Positions 1 to 8,931 of a DNA stretch of 63,367 nt are shown here, piece after piece. Each line of letters opens with the position of its first letter. Within the stretch, counting starts at the first letter, position 1. Origin of the DNA: Polyangia bacterium (GTDB taxonomy: Bacteria > Myxococcota_A > Polyangia > Fen-1088); assembly GCA_035648655.1 (NCBI GenBank), contig DASRLC010000143.1, positions 1 to 63,367 on the forward strand, given 5' to 3'. Made by a program: the position numbers and the translations under genes. Under the pieces are notes generated by a model. It was given only the letters and a program-made list of their open reading frames with translations, ran no database searches and was not told the origin of the DNA.

Positions 1-117
1 CGCGCCAGCGTCGTGCGGCGGACGCTGCGGGCCGGGCACGACCTTTTCCGCGCGCACCTCGTTCCCCTGCGGCCCGAGGTCCCCTTCGCCATCCCCCCCC
101 TGGCCGAGGCGGCCTGA
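1..117 (+). CDS. 3' end of an unidentified CDS entering from the left window edge
   Basis: Frame 1 is open from base 1 to TGA at 115-117 with strong G/C preference at third codon positions. No recognisable motif in the 38 aa visible. Confidence 0.35.
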   Translation, partial: RASVVRRTLRAGHDLFRAHLVPLRPEVPFAIPPLAEAA

Positions 118-133
118 GGGCTCGATTGCCGGC

Positions 134-1024
134 CTACGGGAGCCGCAAGAGTGGCTCGCCCATCTTGACGGCCTTCCCCTGCACGACGCCGTCGGCGAGC
201 GCGAACCCATCCGGCGCGAATACGATGATGGTCGATCCGAGCTCGAACCACCCCATCTCGTCCCCTTTCTCGAACGCGGCGTCGCAAGCAATCGCGCGCG
301 GCCCGTCGTACGCCAGGTGCAGCGGTACGTCGATGAAATGGAGGCGAATGCTCGCGACCAAGATCGACGCCACCGGCACCAGGGTGACGACGTGACCGGC
401 CGCGAGCTTGGTCTGGATGACCGCGTGCTCGTTCCTGCAATACAGCTTTTCCACCCGGTTGACCGCGATCGGGTTGGTGTTCCAGGTGTCGCCCGAGAAG
501 TAGTTGAGGTGGACGACCCGGCAATCGTACGGCGCGTGAAACCGGTGGTACATGCTCGACGTCAGCCGCAGCGTCACGTAGCGACCGCCGCGGTAGAGGC
601 GCTCGAGCTCGGGATCGTCGAGGAGATCGTGCAGCGTGTAGAAGAGCCCTTTGGCCTGGATGACCACGTCGCCGTCCACCGTCCCCGAGGCGCCCACGAT
701 GGCGTCGCAGGGGCTGGTGAGCGCGCCAGGGTCGCGATCGATGGGGCGCACGCCCGGCTTGAGCTCGCGGATGAAGCAGTCGTGCAAGCTCTCGAAGGCC
801 GGTTTGGCCGCCTCGTCGAGGCGGGGATCGGCGAACAGGCGCCAAAGCCCGATCGAAAGGTCACGCACCAGCGGCTGTCTCACCTTGCTGATCCAGCCAA
901 TGAACTGTGTCGCCAGCCGGCGCGGGATGCGGTTGGTCAGCAGAAAGTTGAGCTCTTCTTGCTGGCCAAAGCGGGCCAAGATGCTTCGGGCGCTCAGGGT
1001 ACTGAAAGGAGAAGACAATGACAT
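134..1024 (-). CDS. psd: phosphatidylserine decarboxylase proenzyme
   Basis: 296-aa ORF with Psd-like architecture over its full length, including the C-terminal self-cleavage context 'GWFELGSTIIVF' (LGST) and 'YHRFHAP'. Confidence 0.9.
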   Translation of the reverse strand: MSLSSPFSTLSARSILARFGQQEELNFLLTNRIPRRLATQFIGWISKVRQPLVRDLSIGLWRLFADPRLDEAAKPAFESLHDCFIRELKPGVRPIDRDPGALTSPCDAIVGASGTVDGDVVIQAKGLFYTLHDLLDDPELERLYRGGRYVTLRLTSSMYHRFHAPYDCRVVHLNYFSGDTWNTNPIAVNRVEKLYCRNEHAVIQTKLAAGHVVTLVPVASILVASIRLHFIDVPLHLAYDGPRAIACDAAFEKGDEMGWFELGSTIIVFAPDGFALADGVVQGKAVKMGEPLLRLP

Positions 1025-2682
1025 TGGCCCTCTATGCGTTGGGTGCCGTGGGCACCGTCGGATTGACGGCGACGCTGCGTCGGGTAACCACGCGACTGAC
1101 GTTGTCCAAGGCGAAGCACCCGTCGCTGCGCGGCCACGCCAGGATCTCGCGCTTCGTCGCGAAGCTGGTGCCGTTTTACGAATACGATGAGGCGAGCTTC
1201 TTCCACTCCGACGACGCGCCCCGGGAGGTCGCCGAGCGACGCCGCTCCGGCTTCCTGCGCCTCTCCGAGACCTACAAGACCCGCTACGCCGAGACGGAGA
1301 AGCTGACGCGGGAGGTGGAGTCGGACGTCTCGGATCTGCAGTTCACCGCCTCCTACCGGGTGCCGTTTCAGTACCGCCGATTTGTGCGCAAGAACCTGGC
1401 GGCCGGCGCCTTCGTCGCTTCGTCCGCCGGTGTGAAGGTGACAGATCTCGATGGGAACGAGGCCTACGACCTGACCGGATCTTACGGCGTCAACGTGTTC
1501 GGATACGACTTCTATAAGCAATGCCTCGACCGCGCGTTCGAGCGCGCCCGAACGCTCGGGCCGGTGCTCGGTCCCTTTCACCCGGTCGTCGCCGACAATG
1601 TCAAACGGCTGCGCGAGATCTCGGGCCTCGACGAAGTGTCGTTCCACATGTCGGGAACCGAGGCAGTCATGCAGGCGGTGCGGCTCGCGCGCTACCACAC
1701 GCGCCGCTCGCACCTCGTTCGCTTCTGTGGCGCCTACCACGGTTGGTGGGGAGACGTGCAGCCAGGCGTGGGCAATCCGGCGCCGGCCCATGAAACCTAC
1801 ACGCTCAAGGAGATGGACGACGACTCGCTGCGTGTGCTGCGCAATCGGCGCGACGTCGCCTGCGTGCTGGTGAACCCCCTGCAGTCGCTGCACCCCAACG
1901 CCAACGCGCCCAGCGATTCGACCTTGCTCGGCAGCGACCGCGTCGCCCGCTTCGATCGCTTGGGCTACGCCGACTGGCTCAAGCGGCTGCGGGTGGTCTG
2001 CCGCGAGCGTGGCATCGTGCTGATCTTCGACGAGGTGTTCGTCGGCTTTCGGTTGGCGCCCCGCGGGGCGCAGGAATACTTCGGCGTCCAAGCCGACCTG
2101 GTCACCTACGGCAAGACTTTGGGGGGCGGGCTGCCGATCGGCGTCCTGTGCGGACGGAAGGACCTGATGAAGCGGTTCCGCGACGACCACCCCGCCGACA
2201 TCTGCTTCGCGCGCGGCACGTTCAACGCCCACCCCTACGTCATGACGGCGATGAACGAGTTCCTGCACCGCTTGGAGACGCCGGAGGTCCGCGCCCTTTA
2301 CAGGAACCTCGACGACACCTGGAACGGTCGCGCCGAGCGGCTCAACCGACGCCTCGTCGACGATGGGCTGCCGGTGCGCCTGGAGAACCTGCAGACGATC
2401 TGGACCGTTCTCTACACGCAGCCGGGCCGATACAACTGGATGCTTCAATTCTATCTGCGTGCTCAGGGGTTGGCGCTCTCGTGGGTGGGGACCGGACGCT
2501 TCATCTTCAGTCTCAACTACAGCGACGCCGACTTCGACGCCGTGGCCGACAAGTTCCTGTCGGCCGCGCGGGCCATGCAGGCGGACGGCTTCTGGTGGTC
2601 GGACCCGGCGCTCACCGACAAGGCGATCAAGCGCAGGGTCCTCCGGGAGATGGTCGCCGCAGCCTTCGGCAAGGGCGATTAG
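1018..2682 (+). CDS. class-III (glutamate-1-semialdehyde aminomutase-like) PLP aminotransferase with N-terminal hydrophobic anchor
   Basis: Motifs 'SGTEAVMQAVRLAR', 'LIFDEVFVGFR' and 'TYGKTLGGGLPIG' (PLP-Lys region). The first ~20 aa are hydrophobic. At 554 aa it is longer than HemL. Confidence 0.85.
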   Translation: MTLALYALGAVGTVGLTATLRRVTTRLTLSKAKHPSLRGHARISRFVAKLVPFYEYDEASFFHSDDAPREVAERRRSGFLRLSETYKTRYAETEKLTREVESDVSDLQFTASYRVPFQYRRFVRKNLAAGAFVASSAGVKVTDLDGNEAYDLTGSYGVNVFGYDFYKQCLDRAFERARTLGPVLGPFHPVVADNVKRLREISGLDEVSFHMSGTEAVMQAVRLARYHTRRSHLVRFCGAYHGWWGDVQPGVGNPAPAHETYTLKEMDDDSLRVLRNRRDVACVLVNPLQSLHPNANAPSDSTLLGSDRVARFDRLGYADWLKRLRVVCRERGIVLIFDEVFVGFRLAPRGAQEYFGVQADLVTYGKTLGGGLPIGVLCGRKDLMKRFRDDHPADICFARGTFNAHPYVMTAMNEFLHRLETPEVRALYRNLDDTWNGRAERLNRRLVDDGLPVRLENLQTIWTVLYTQPGRYNWMLQFYLRAQGLALSWVGTGRFIFSLNYSDADFDAVADKFLSAARAMQADGFWWSDPALTDKAIKRRVLREMVAAAFGKGD

Positions 2683-3320
2683 GCGGGCTGCTTGGCGGGC
2701 TCGATCAACTCACCGCGCCACAGGTAGAGCGGCGCGCGGTGGTAAAGGTAGATGTCGTGAAACGGGTCGGTGAGGATCTTGGTGAACCAGACCAGCCCCG
2801 TCTTCACGCCGCGCAGGAAGAACAGGTGGATGGTCCGAAACAACAGCGCGCCGGCCGCCAGGCCAATCCAGAGGCGCGCCAAGTGCGCGAGATAGGTCGA
2901 TAGGTTCGTCCATGGCACCGTAAAAGCCCCCAACGCTGTCGGCGCAAAATAGAGCGCGATGGGCACCAGCGCCCAGAGGCTGTGCAGGATCACCTTGCGG
3001 CGCAGGTTGTACCCGACCTTTACCCTCTCTTTGTATTCGTGGGTGGCCTGGTTCTCCACGTCGTAGCCCTTGGGCTCGAAGAAGAAGTGGCCCACCTGCC
3101 GAATGCACATGGCGAACGTCCAACCGAACAGCGCTGCGACCACCGGGTGCTTGAACAAAAGCACGTAGGTGACGCAGAAGCTGATCGCGCTCACCAGGTG
3201 CAGCGACTGGTTGATGCGGCTGTGATGGTAGAAACGGTGGTCGTCCCAGCGTTGCTCTTTCAATTCCTCGAAAAAGCCGTTCATGAGCTCTCCTTTGCTC
3301 GTTGACGAGCCAAACAACAT
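2679..3320 (-). CDS. Mpo1-like (DUF962) membrane protein
   Basis: Multi-TM ORF with 'RINQSLH' and 'QVGHFFFEPKG' motifs typical of the Mpo1/YGL010w family. An alternative start is Met13 (3284). Its stop overlaps the aminotransferase stop by 4 nt (convergent). Confidence 0.6.
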   Translation of the reverse strand: MLFGSSTSKGELMNGFFEELKEQRWDDHRFYHHSRINQSLHLVSAISFCVTYVLLFKHPVVAALFGWTFAMCIRQVGHFFFEPKGYDVENQATHEYKERVKVGYNLRRKVILHSLWALVPIALYFAPTALGAFTVPWTNLSTYLAHLARLWIGLAAGALLFRTIHLFFLRGVKTGLVWFTKILTDPFHDIYLYHRAPLYLWRGELIEPAKQPA

Positions 3321-3335
3321 TGGCTCAATTAGCCG

Positions 3336-4202
3336 TCAACTTCGCGCCTTGGAAAGCGAACTTTGGGTGACGTTCTCGTCACCGAGTGTCACGGAACCCT
3401 TGCGGGCGGGGGCGGCGCGAATTAGCCATAAGCTGACCCAGACGCCGGTGCTGAAGTAGAGCGACATCCAGGGCACTTCCTCGCGCCAGGGCTCCCAGGC
3501 GCGCGTCACGACGCGGCGGGACCCGACGTCGCGGACCCCCTCCGCGAAAGAAAGATACGGGCGCCGGCTCTGCTCGTCGGCCCGCCAGCGACGGAGGTAC
3601 ATCGGAACGTCGACCATCGACATGAACACGATATACGCGCCGATGAGGGCCGTCGCGATCCCCACGAAGCGCTGCCGCGCGCCGCGTTCGCGCGACAGCA
3701 GGCCAACGATCACCAGCACCGAAGCGAACGTCCAGATCGATTGCTCGATCGCGTTGCCGAGGAAATTCGTCGACACGACCGCGTACCAGGAGCAGATCTC
3801 GGCGACCGCGATGATTGGGACCAGGACCCGGGAAACGATCTTGGCGACGTCGCGCTGCCCGTCGCCGGCCGACTCACCGAGCAGCAACGCCCATTGGGTC
3901 ATGAACGCCAGCTCGGCGATCGTCGCCACCGCGCGTCCGACGAGCACGACCGAGAGCCAGTTGTCGTAGAGGCAGATGCGCTGCACGTCGGCCCGGGGAA
4001 AGATCGACCGGAAGGCGCACCCGCCCACGAACAGCGCCGAGAGAATCAGCTGACGACGGCGGTAGCGGCGGCGCTCGAGGCCCTGCAGCGCGCGATCCCG
4101 TTGCAGCGCCACCGCGACCCGCAACCAGATCGCCACGTTGACGGCGGCGACCACCCGCAGAAACCAGATCCAGCCGACGATCCCGAGCGACGCGTTGTCC
4201 AT
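3336..4202 (-). CDS. polytopic membrane protein, function unknown
   Basis: 288-aa ORF with about 6 hydrophobic segments and good third-position GC bias. No motif recognised. Confidence 0.55.
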   Translation of the reverse strand: MDNASLGIVGWIWFLRVVAAVNVAIWLRVAVALQRDRALQGLERRRYRRRQLILSALFVGGCAFRSIFPRADVQRICLYDNWLSVVLVGRAVATIAELAFMTQWALLLGESAGDGQRDVAKIVSRVLVPIIAVAEICSWYAVVSTNFLGNAIEQSIWTFASVLVIVGLLSRERGARQRFVGIATALIGAYIVFMSMVDVPMYLRRWRADEQSRRPYLSFAEGVRDVGSRRVVTRAWEPWREEVPWMSLYFSTGVWVSLWLIRAAPARKGSVTLGDENVTQSSLSKARS

Positions 4203-4250
4203 TGGGGACTTTGACCATACGGCGGCACTTCCGTGACGGTCCAGTTACAG

Positions 4251-5315
4251 TTACGCAACAACCGCTCGCCGAGCGCCCAGTCGGTCGCGCGCGCCCAGCC
4301 AGTCAATCGCCAGCTCCTCCGCCCAGTAGCGCGGGCGCCAGGGCCAGCGCCCGGAGACGAACCCCGTGTGGCCGCCCCAGGGCGTGACCTGGAAGGTGAC
4401 CGCCGGCGACGCCACCGCCCGCGCGCGCGCCACCGCCTCGCGCGGAAAAAACGGATCGTCCTCGCTGCTGATGCAAAGGGTCGGCACGGCAATACGTCCG
4501 AGGTAACCGAGCGAGCTCGCGCGGCGGTAATAGTCCTCTGCGTTGGCGAATCCGTGCATCGGCGCCGTGACCCGCTCGTCGAACTCGGCGAAGGTCCGCG
4601 CTGCGCCGATGCGCGCAGCGTCGAGGTGCGCCGTTTCGAGCGGAAACCGTGTCAGCACGTCGAGCGCCTTCGGCTTGAGCCGCCGCAAGAAGTGATAGGT
4701 GTAGAGGCGCGCCCCGGGCCGTTCGAGGAATCGCGAGGCGGCCGCCAGATCGTACGGGACGGAGATGGTGGCGGCGGCGCGGATGGCGCTGGCGGCGCCC
4801 GACTCGCCCAGCCATTTGAGCAGCACGTTTCCACCCAGCGAAAACCCGACGGCGTAGATCGGCACATTGGGCTCGCGCGCCGCCAGAGTTCTCACCACGA
4901 AGTCGAGATCGCCCGTGTCACCCGAGTGATAGAGGCGAGGCTGTCGGTTTTTCAACCGGCGCGTCATCTGCAGCGGATCGCGCGCGCAGGAGCGGAAGTT
5001 GAGCACCGAGCACCGCCAGCCCACGCGCGCCGCCTGCACCGCCAGCCCCTGCGTGTGCAGCGAGTGCGCGCTTCCTTCGAGGCCGTGAAGCAGCAGCAGG
5101 CGCGACGAGCCCGCGGGGCCGACGGCATGGTCGAGGACCAGGTCGTCGTCGTCCGTGGTCGTCAGCACCTCGCGCGCAAACCGCACCAAACGCCGCGAGC
5201 GCGCCACCCGCGCCCACAGCGTCTGGCCGGTCGCTCCCCGCAGCCACCAGGCGACCGCCACCTCTCCGGATTCTGGCATCGCTCTCATATATGACGATCG
5301 GGAGTTTTGGCGCAC
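4251..5315 (-). CDS. alpha/beta-fold hydrolase (YheT/ABHD1-3-like)
   Basis: 'LLLLHGLEGS' and the nucleophile elbow 'GFSLGGN'. Start is uncertain (several Met in the first 13 aa). Confidence 0.8.
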   Translation of the reverse strand: MRQNSRSSYMRAMPESGEVAVAWWLRGATGQTLWARVARSRRLVRFAREVLTTTDDDDLVLDHAVGPAGSSRLLLLHGLEGSAHSLHTQGLAVQAARVGWRCSVLNFRSCARDPLQMTRRLKNRQPRLYHSGDTGDLDFVVRTLAAREPNVPIYAVGFSLGGNVLLKWLGESGAASAIRAAATISVPYDLAAASRFLERPGARLYTYHFLRRLKPKALDVLTRFPLETAHLDAARIGAARTFAEFDERVTAPMHGFANAEDYYRRASSLGYLGRIAVPTLCISSEDDPFFPREAVARARAVASPAVTFQVTPWGGHTGFVSGRWPWRPRYWAEELAIDWLGARDRLGARRAVVA

Positions 5316-5469
5316 CCCGATTCCGGTCGCTCAAAGGAGCGCCGGCGTCCCCCACGTCGCCAGTTGTAACAGAACCGTCGCTCGACGGCGTGCCCGTCCA
5401 AAGCAAAAGTGCGGACCGACTTCGCAGAAATGTCGTTCCGCACCGCAGACAGAAACCTTGGAGGCACAC

Positions 5470-7578
5470 GTGAAGCGATCTGTTTTTCGTTGGGGGTTCG
5501 TCGCGTCGCTGGCAACCGCCGGGCTGATCGGCGCCTGCGACGGCTCGGGCAAGGCGCCCGGTGGACCGGCAGCTGACGGCACCGGCTCCCTTCGGATCGC
5601 CCTGCAGCTCGCCAACGGCACCGCGGTGTCGAGCGCGAGCTACTCCATCACCGGCCCGGGCGGCTTTACTCTGGCGGGGAGCCTGGATGTCTCGAACAGC
5701 GCGACCATTTCGGCGGTAATCGGCGGCCTCCCGGCCGGCAGCGGCTACGCCATTGCAATCTCAGCCACCTCCACCGACGGGACGACCAACTGCGGCGGGT
5801 CGGCCAGCTTCAACGTGACCGCCGGGGTCACCAACGCGGTCGCCGTCCACCTCAGCTGTCACGAGGCACCCGCCACCGGGTCGATCTCGGTGAACGGCAC
5901 GATCAACGTGTGCCCGAATATCGAGTCGGTCAGCGCAAATCCGGCCGTGGGGAACGTCATCGCGATCGCGAGCGCCGCCGACGATCCGGACAGCGGCCCG
6001 CAGCCCATCTCCTACCAATGGACGACGACCTCCGGCACGTTGAGCAGCGCCAGCGCTCAGAACCCGACGCTGACCTGCGCGGCCCCCGGCGTCGCGTCGC
6101 TGACCCTCACCGTCTCCGACGGCGATCCGGGATGCAAGGCAACCTTTAACGTGCAGGTGACCTGCCCGGACGATTCGGCGCTCGCCGAGACGGCCTGGGT
6201 CGAGGTCGGGGCGAACAACCAGGCCATCGCCCGGCTCATCACCCCATACACGGTCTGCCCCACGATCTCCGTGGATGGTGTTTCGAGCCCCATGACGGTC
6301 CGGGCGCTGCCGGCCACCCTCCCCCTCCGGACGACCAGCACCGATACGACCTTGGCCGCGGCGATGACGTCGGGAAACTCGAAGCCGTCGGCCTTCACGA
6401 CGACGACCTGTGAGTTCCTCGTTCCCGCGGGGGCGATCGCGGCCACCGTGGCCGGCATCAATCTGCCGCTGCCGAAGCCGGCCGTCAACCGGGTGGTGAT
6501 CGTCGGCGACACCGGGTGCCGCATCTCGATTGGAAATGTCTACCAAGCCTGTGGCGATCCGACGCAGTGGCCCTTCTCCGTCATCGCGAAGGCGGCGGCC
6601 GCCATGCAGCCCGATCTCGTCCTGCACGTGGGAGACTACGAGTACCGCGACAATCCCTGTCCTCCGGGCAACACGGCCTGCGCCGGACAACCCTGGGGTT
6701 ACGGTTCCGACGCCTGGGCGGCGGACTTCTTCACACCGGCGGCACCCCTGCTGCGAGCGGCTCCCTGGGTGATGGTCCGCGGGAACCACGAGGTCTGCAA
6801 CCGCGCCGGTCAGGGCTGGTACCGGTACCTCGACCCGAACCCCTTCGACGGCACCGACGTCAAGACCTGCGACGATCCGGCGAACGACAACGCGGGAAAT
6901 TACAACGACCCGTGGGCGGTCTCCTTTGGCGACACACAGTTCATCGCGTTCGACTCGTCGAACGCCGCGAAGACCGCCTACTCGCCCCCCGCGTTTCAAC
7001 CCTACACGACCGAGCTGGCGGAGGCTGCCGGCCTGTCGAGCAACCCGAACCTTCTGAACATCTTCGCCGTCCACCACCCGGTTCTCGGTTACACGGCCGC
7101 CAACCCGCCCACGGTCGGCAACGCGGCTCTCCAATCGGTCATGAACGCCGCCTTCCCGGGCAACTATTACCCGCCCAACACCGCGATCGCCATCCACGGT
7201 CACGTGCACGACTTCCAGGCCCTCAGCTTCGGCAGCAACCACCCGGCGACCTTCGTGGCCGGGAACGGCGGCGACAACCTGGACTCGGCGCTCCCGGCGG
7301 TGTTCAACCCCAACGGCGACCTGCCGGCGCCGAACACGGTGGTCAACGCGTTTGCTTACTCGCAGGAATTCGGCTTCATGGTCATGGACCGCGTGGGCGC
7401 CGTGGGCGCAAAGAATTGGAAGTTCTGGTCCTATCGAACGGACGGTACGCTCATCGCCGTGTGCGACATGGCTCCCCCTGTCGCCTGCAGCGGCGTGTGC
7501 GACAGCACCCCGGGCAGCCAAATCACTTGCACCGACGGCAGCGGCAACGTCGTCGGTACCTACGACAACATCCCGTAG
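5470..7578 (+). CDS. secreted lipoprotein with Ig/PKD-like N-terminal region and calcineurin-like metallophosphoesterase domain
   Basis: GTG at 5470 gives 'VKRSVFRWGFVASLATAGLIGAC' (signal peptide plus lipobox). MPE motifs are 'VIVGDTGC', 'HVGDYEYRD', 'VRGNHE' and 'HGHVHDF'. The ORF-track start at 5155 lies inside the neighbouring gene. Confidence 0.75.
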   Translation: MKRSVFRWGFVASLATAGLIGACDGSGKAPGGPAADGTGSLRIALQLANGTAVSSASYSITGPGGFTLAGSLDVSNSATISAVIGGLPAGSGYAIAISATSTDGTTNCGGSASFNVTAGVTNAVAVHLSCHEAPATGSISVNGTINVCPNIESVSANPAVGNVIAIASAADDPDSGPQPISYQWTTTSGTLSSASAQNPTLTCAAPGVASLTLTVSDGDPGCKATFNVQVTCPDDSALAETAWVEVGANNQAIARLITPYTVCPTISVDGVSSPMTVRALPATLPLRTTSTDTTLAAAMTSGNSKPSAFTTTTCEFLVPAGAIAATVAGINLPLPKPAVNRVVIVGDTGCRISIGNVYQACGDPTQWPFSVIAKAAAAMQPDLVLHVGDYEYRDNPCPPGNTACAGQPWGYGSDAWAADFFTPAAPLLRAAPWVMVRGNHEVCNRAGQGWYRYLDPNPFDGTDVKTCDDPANDNAGNYNDPWAVSFGDTQFIAFDSSNAAKTAYSPPAFQPYTTELAEAAGLSSNPNLLNIFAVHHPVLGYTAANPPTVGNAALQSVMNAAFPGNYYPPNTAIAIHGHVHDFQALSFGSNHPATFVAGNGGDNLDSALPAVFNPNGDLPAPNTVVNAFAYSQEFGFMVMDRVGAVGAKNWKFWSYRTDGTLIAVCDMAPPVACSGVCDSTPGSQITCTDGSGNVVGTYDNIP

Positions 7579-7644
7579 GCGGGAGCTCGCCTGAAAACCG
7601 ACGCAGGACCCTGGCGGCGTCTGGCGACGGGCGCCGCGGTCGCG

Positions 7645-8931
7645 TTGGCGCTGGGCGCCTGCCGGAAAAGCGCGCCTCCGCCCGCGCCGCAGCCGACCAT
7701 CGCGCAGGCGTGGGCCGCGGCGAAGATCCCGAAGCTGCCCCGCTCACAGGTGATCCCGGCCCGGCGAACGAACGTCCTTCCGATTCCGCCCCGGCAGGGG
7801 CCGCCGGACAATCCCGTGCTGGTGGCGCTGGGCAAGAAGATCTTCTTCGACGAGCGTCTGTCGGAGCCGGCCGGGACGAGCTGCGCGAGCTGCCACGATC
7901 CGACGCGCGCCTTTTCGGGAGGCCACGGCTCCCACATTGGCGCTCCGCTGGGGAGCCGCCCCGGGCACTTCGCCCGGCGTTCGACGCCGTCCGTTCTCTA
8001 CATGAGGTACGTGCCCAAGTTTCACTATTTCGAGGACGACGAGGCCCCGGCGCCGGAGCCGCGCGGCGGCTTCTTCTGGGACGGGCGCTCCGACAGCCTC
8101 GTCGAGCTGGTGCGGCAGCCCCTCTTCAACCCCGACGAGATGAACGCCGGAACCCCGCGGCGTCTCGCCGCCAAGATCGTGCGCGGACCTTACGCCGAGG
8201 AGCTCCGTGCGACCATCGGCCCCTCTTCGGCTCCGGAGGCCGTTCTGCGCGGGGTAGGCGTGGCACTGGAAGCCTATTTGAAGAGCGACGAGATGACGCC
8301 GGCGAGCTCGAAGTTCGACGCCTACGCGCGCGGCCAGGCGACCCTCACCGAGCAGGAGCGGCGAGGTCTGGAGATCTTCAAGGACCGCCGCCGCGGCGCC
8401 TGTTCGGGCTGCCACCGGGTGGCCGAGACCTCGACCAACCCGGCGGAATCGATGTTCACCGACTATGGGTACGACGCGGTCGCCCTTCCCCGAAACCGCG
8501 ACCTGCCCGGCAATCGCAACGCCGCCTCCTTCGATCTCGGCCTCTGCGAGCGCCAGAACAAGCAGACCCCGTCCGCCGACGAGAAATGGTGCTCGAATTT
8601 CCGCACCCCGTCGCTGCGAAACGTCGCGGTTCGTGAAAGCTTCGGCCATAACGGCGCATACAAGCGCCTGCGCGACGTCGTGAAGTTCTATGCCTTGCGC
8701 GCCGTCGCGCCCGGCCGCATCTACCCGCCGGGGCGAACGTTCGACGACGTGCCGCCGAAATACCGCGGCAACGTCAACATCTACGCCCCCATCTACAACC
8801 GGCGGGAGGGTACTCCCGCGCCGCTGACCGACGATGACATCGACGCGGTGGTGGCGTTCCTGGAGACGTTGACCGACGCGCCGTATGCGGCGACGGACCG
8901 AGCGACGGTCGCGCAGTCGCCGTCGCCATGA
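7645..8931 (+). CDS. di-haem cytochrome c peroxidase (CCP/MauG family)
   Basis: Two haem-binding motifs, 'CASCHDP' and 'CSGCHRV', and CCP-like sequence throughout. The true start is probably upstream (see finding at 7576-7647). Confidence 0.85.
   Translation: MALGACRKSAPPPAPQPTIAQAWAAAKIPKLPRSQVIPARRTNVLPIPPRQGPPDNPVLVALGKKIFFDERLSEPAGTSCASCHDPTRAFSGGHGSHIGAPLGSRPGHFARRSTPSVLYMRYVPKFHYFEDDEAPAPEPRGGFFWDGRSDSLVELVRQPLFNPDEMNAGTPRRLAAKIVRGPYAEELRATIGPSSAPEAVLRGVGVALEAYLKSDEMTPASSKFDAYARGQATLTEQERRGLEIFKDRRRGACSGCHRVAETSTNPAESMFTDYGYDAVALPRNRDLPGNRNAASFDLGLCERQNKQTPSADEKWCSNFRTPSLRNVAVRESFGHNGAYKRLRDVVKFYALRAVAPGRIYPPGRTFDDVPPKYRGNVNIYAPIYNRREGTPAPLTDDDIDAVVAFLETLTDAPYAATDRATVAQSPSP

Noticed and set aside
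994-2448. 484-aa minus-strand ORF antisense to the aminotransferase gene. Similar long antisense or off-frame ORFs occur at 5761-7521, 6516-8636, 38215-40206, 41046-42938, 45117-46718, 49284-50342 and 61809-62918.
   Set aside because: These are typical stop-poor shadow frames of high-GC DNA. Their translations are Arg/Gly/Pro/Ala-rich with no motifs, and the opposite or alternative frame carries clear family signatures.
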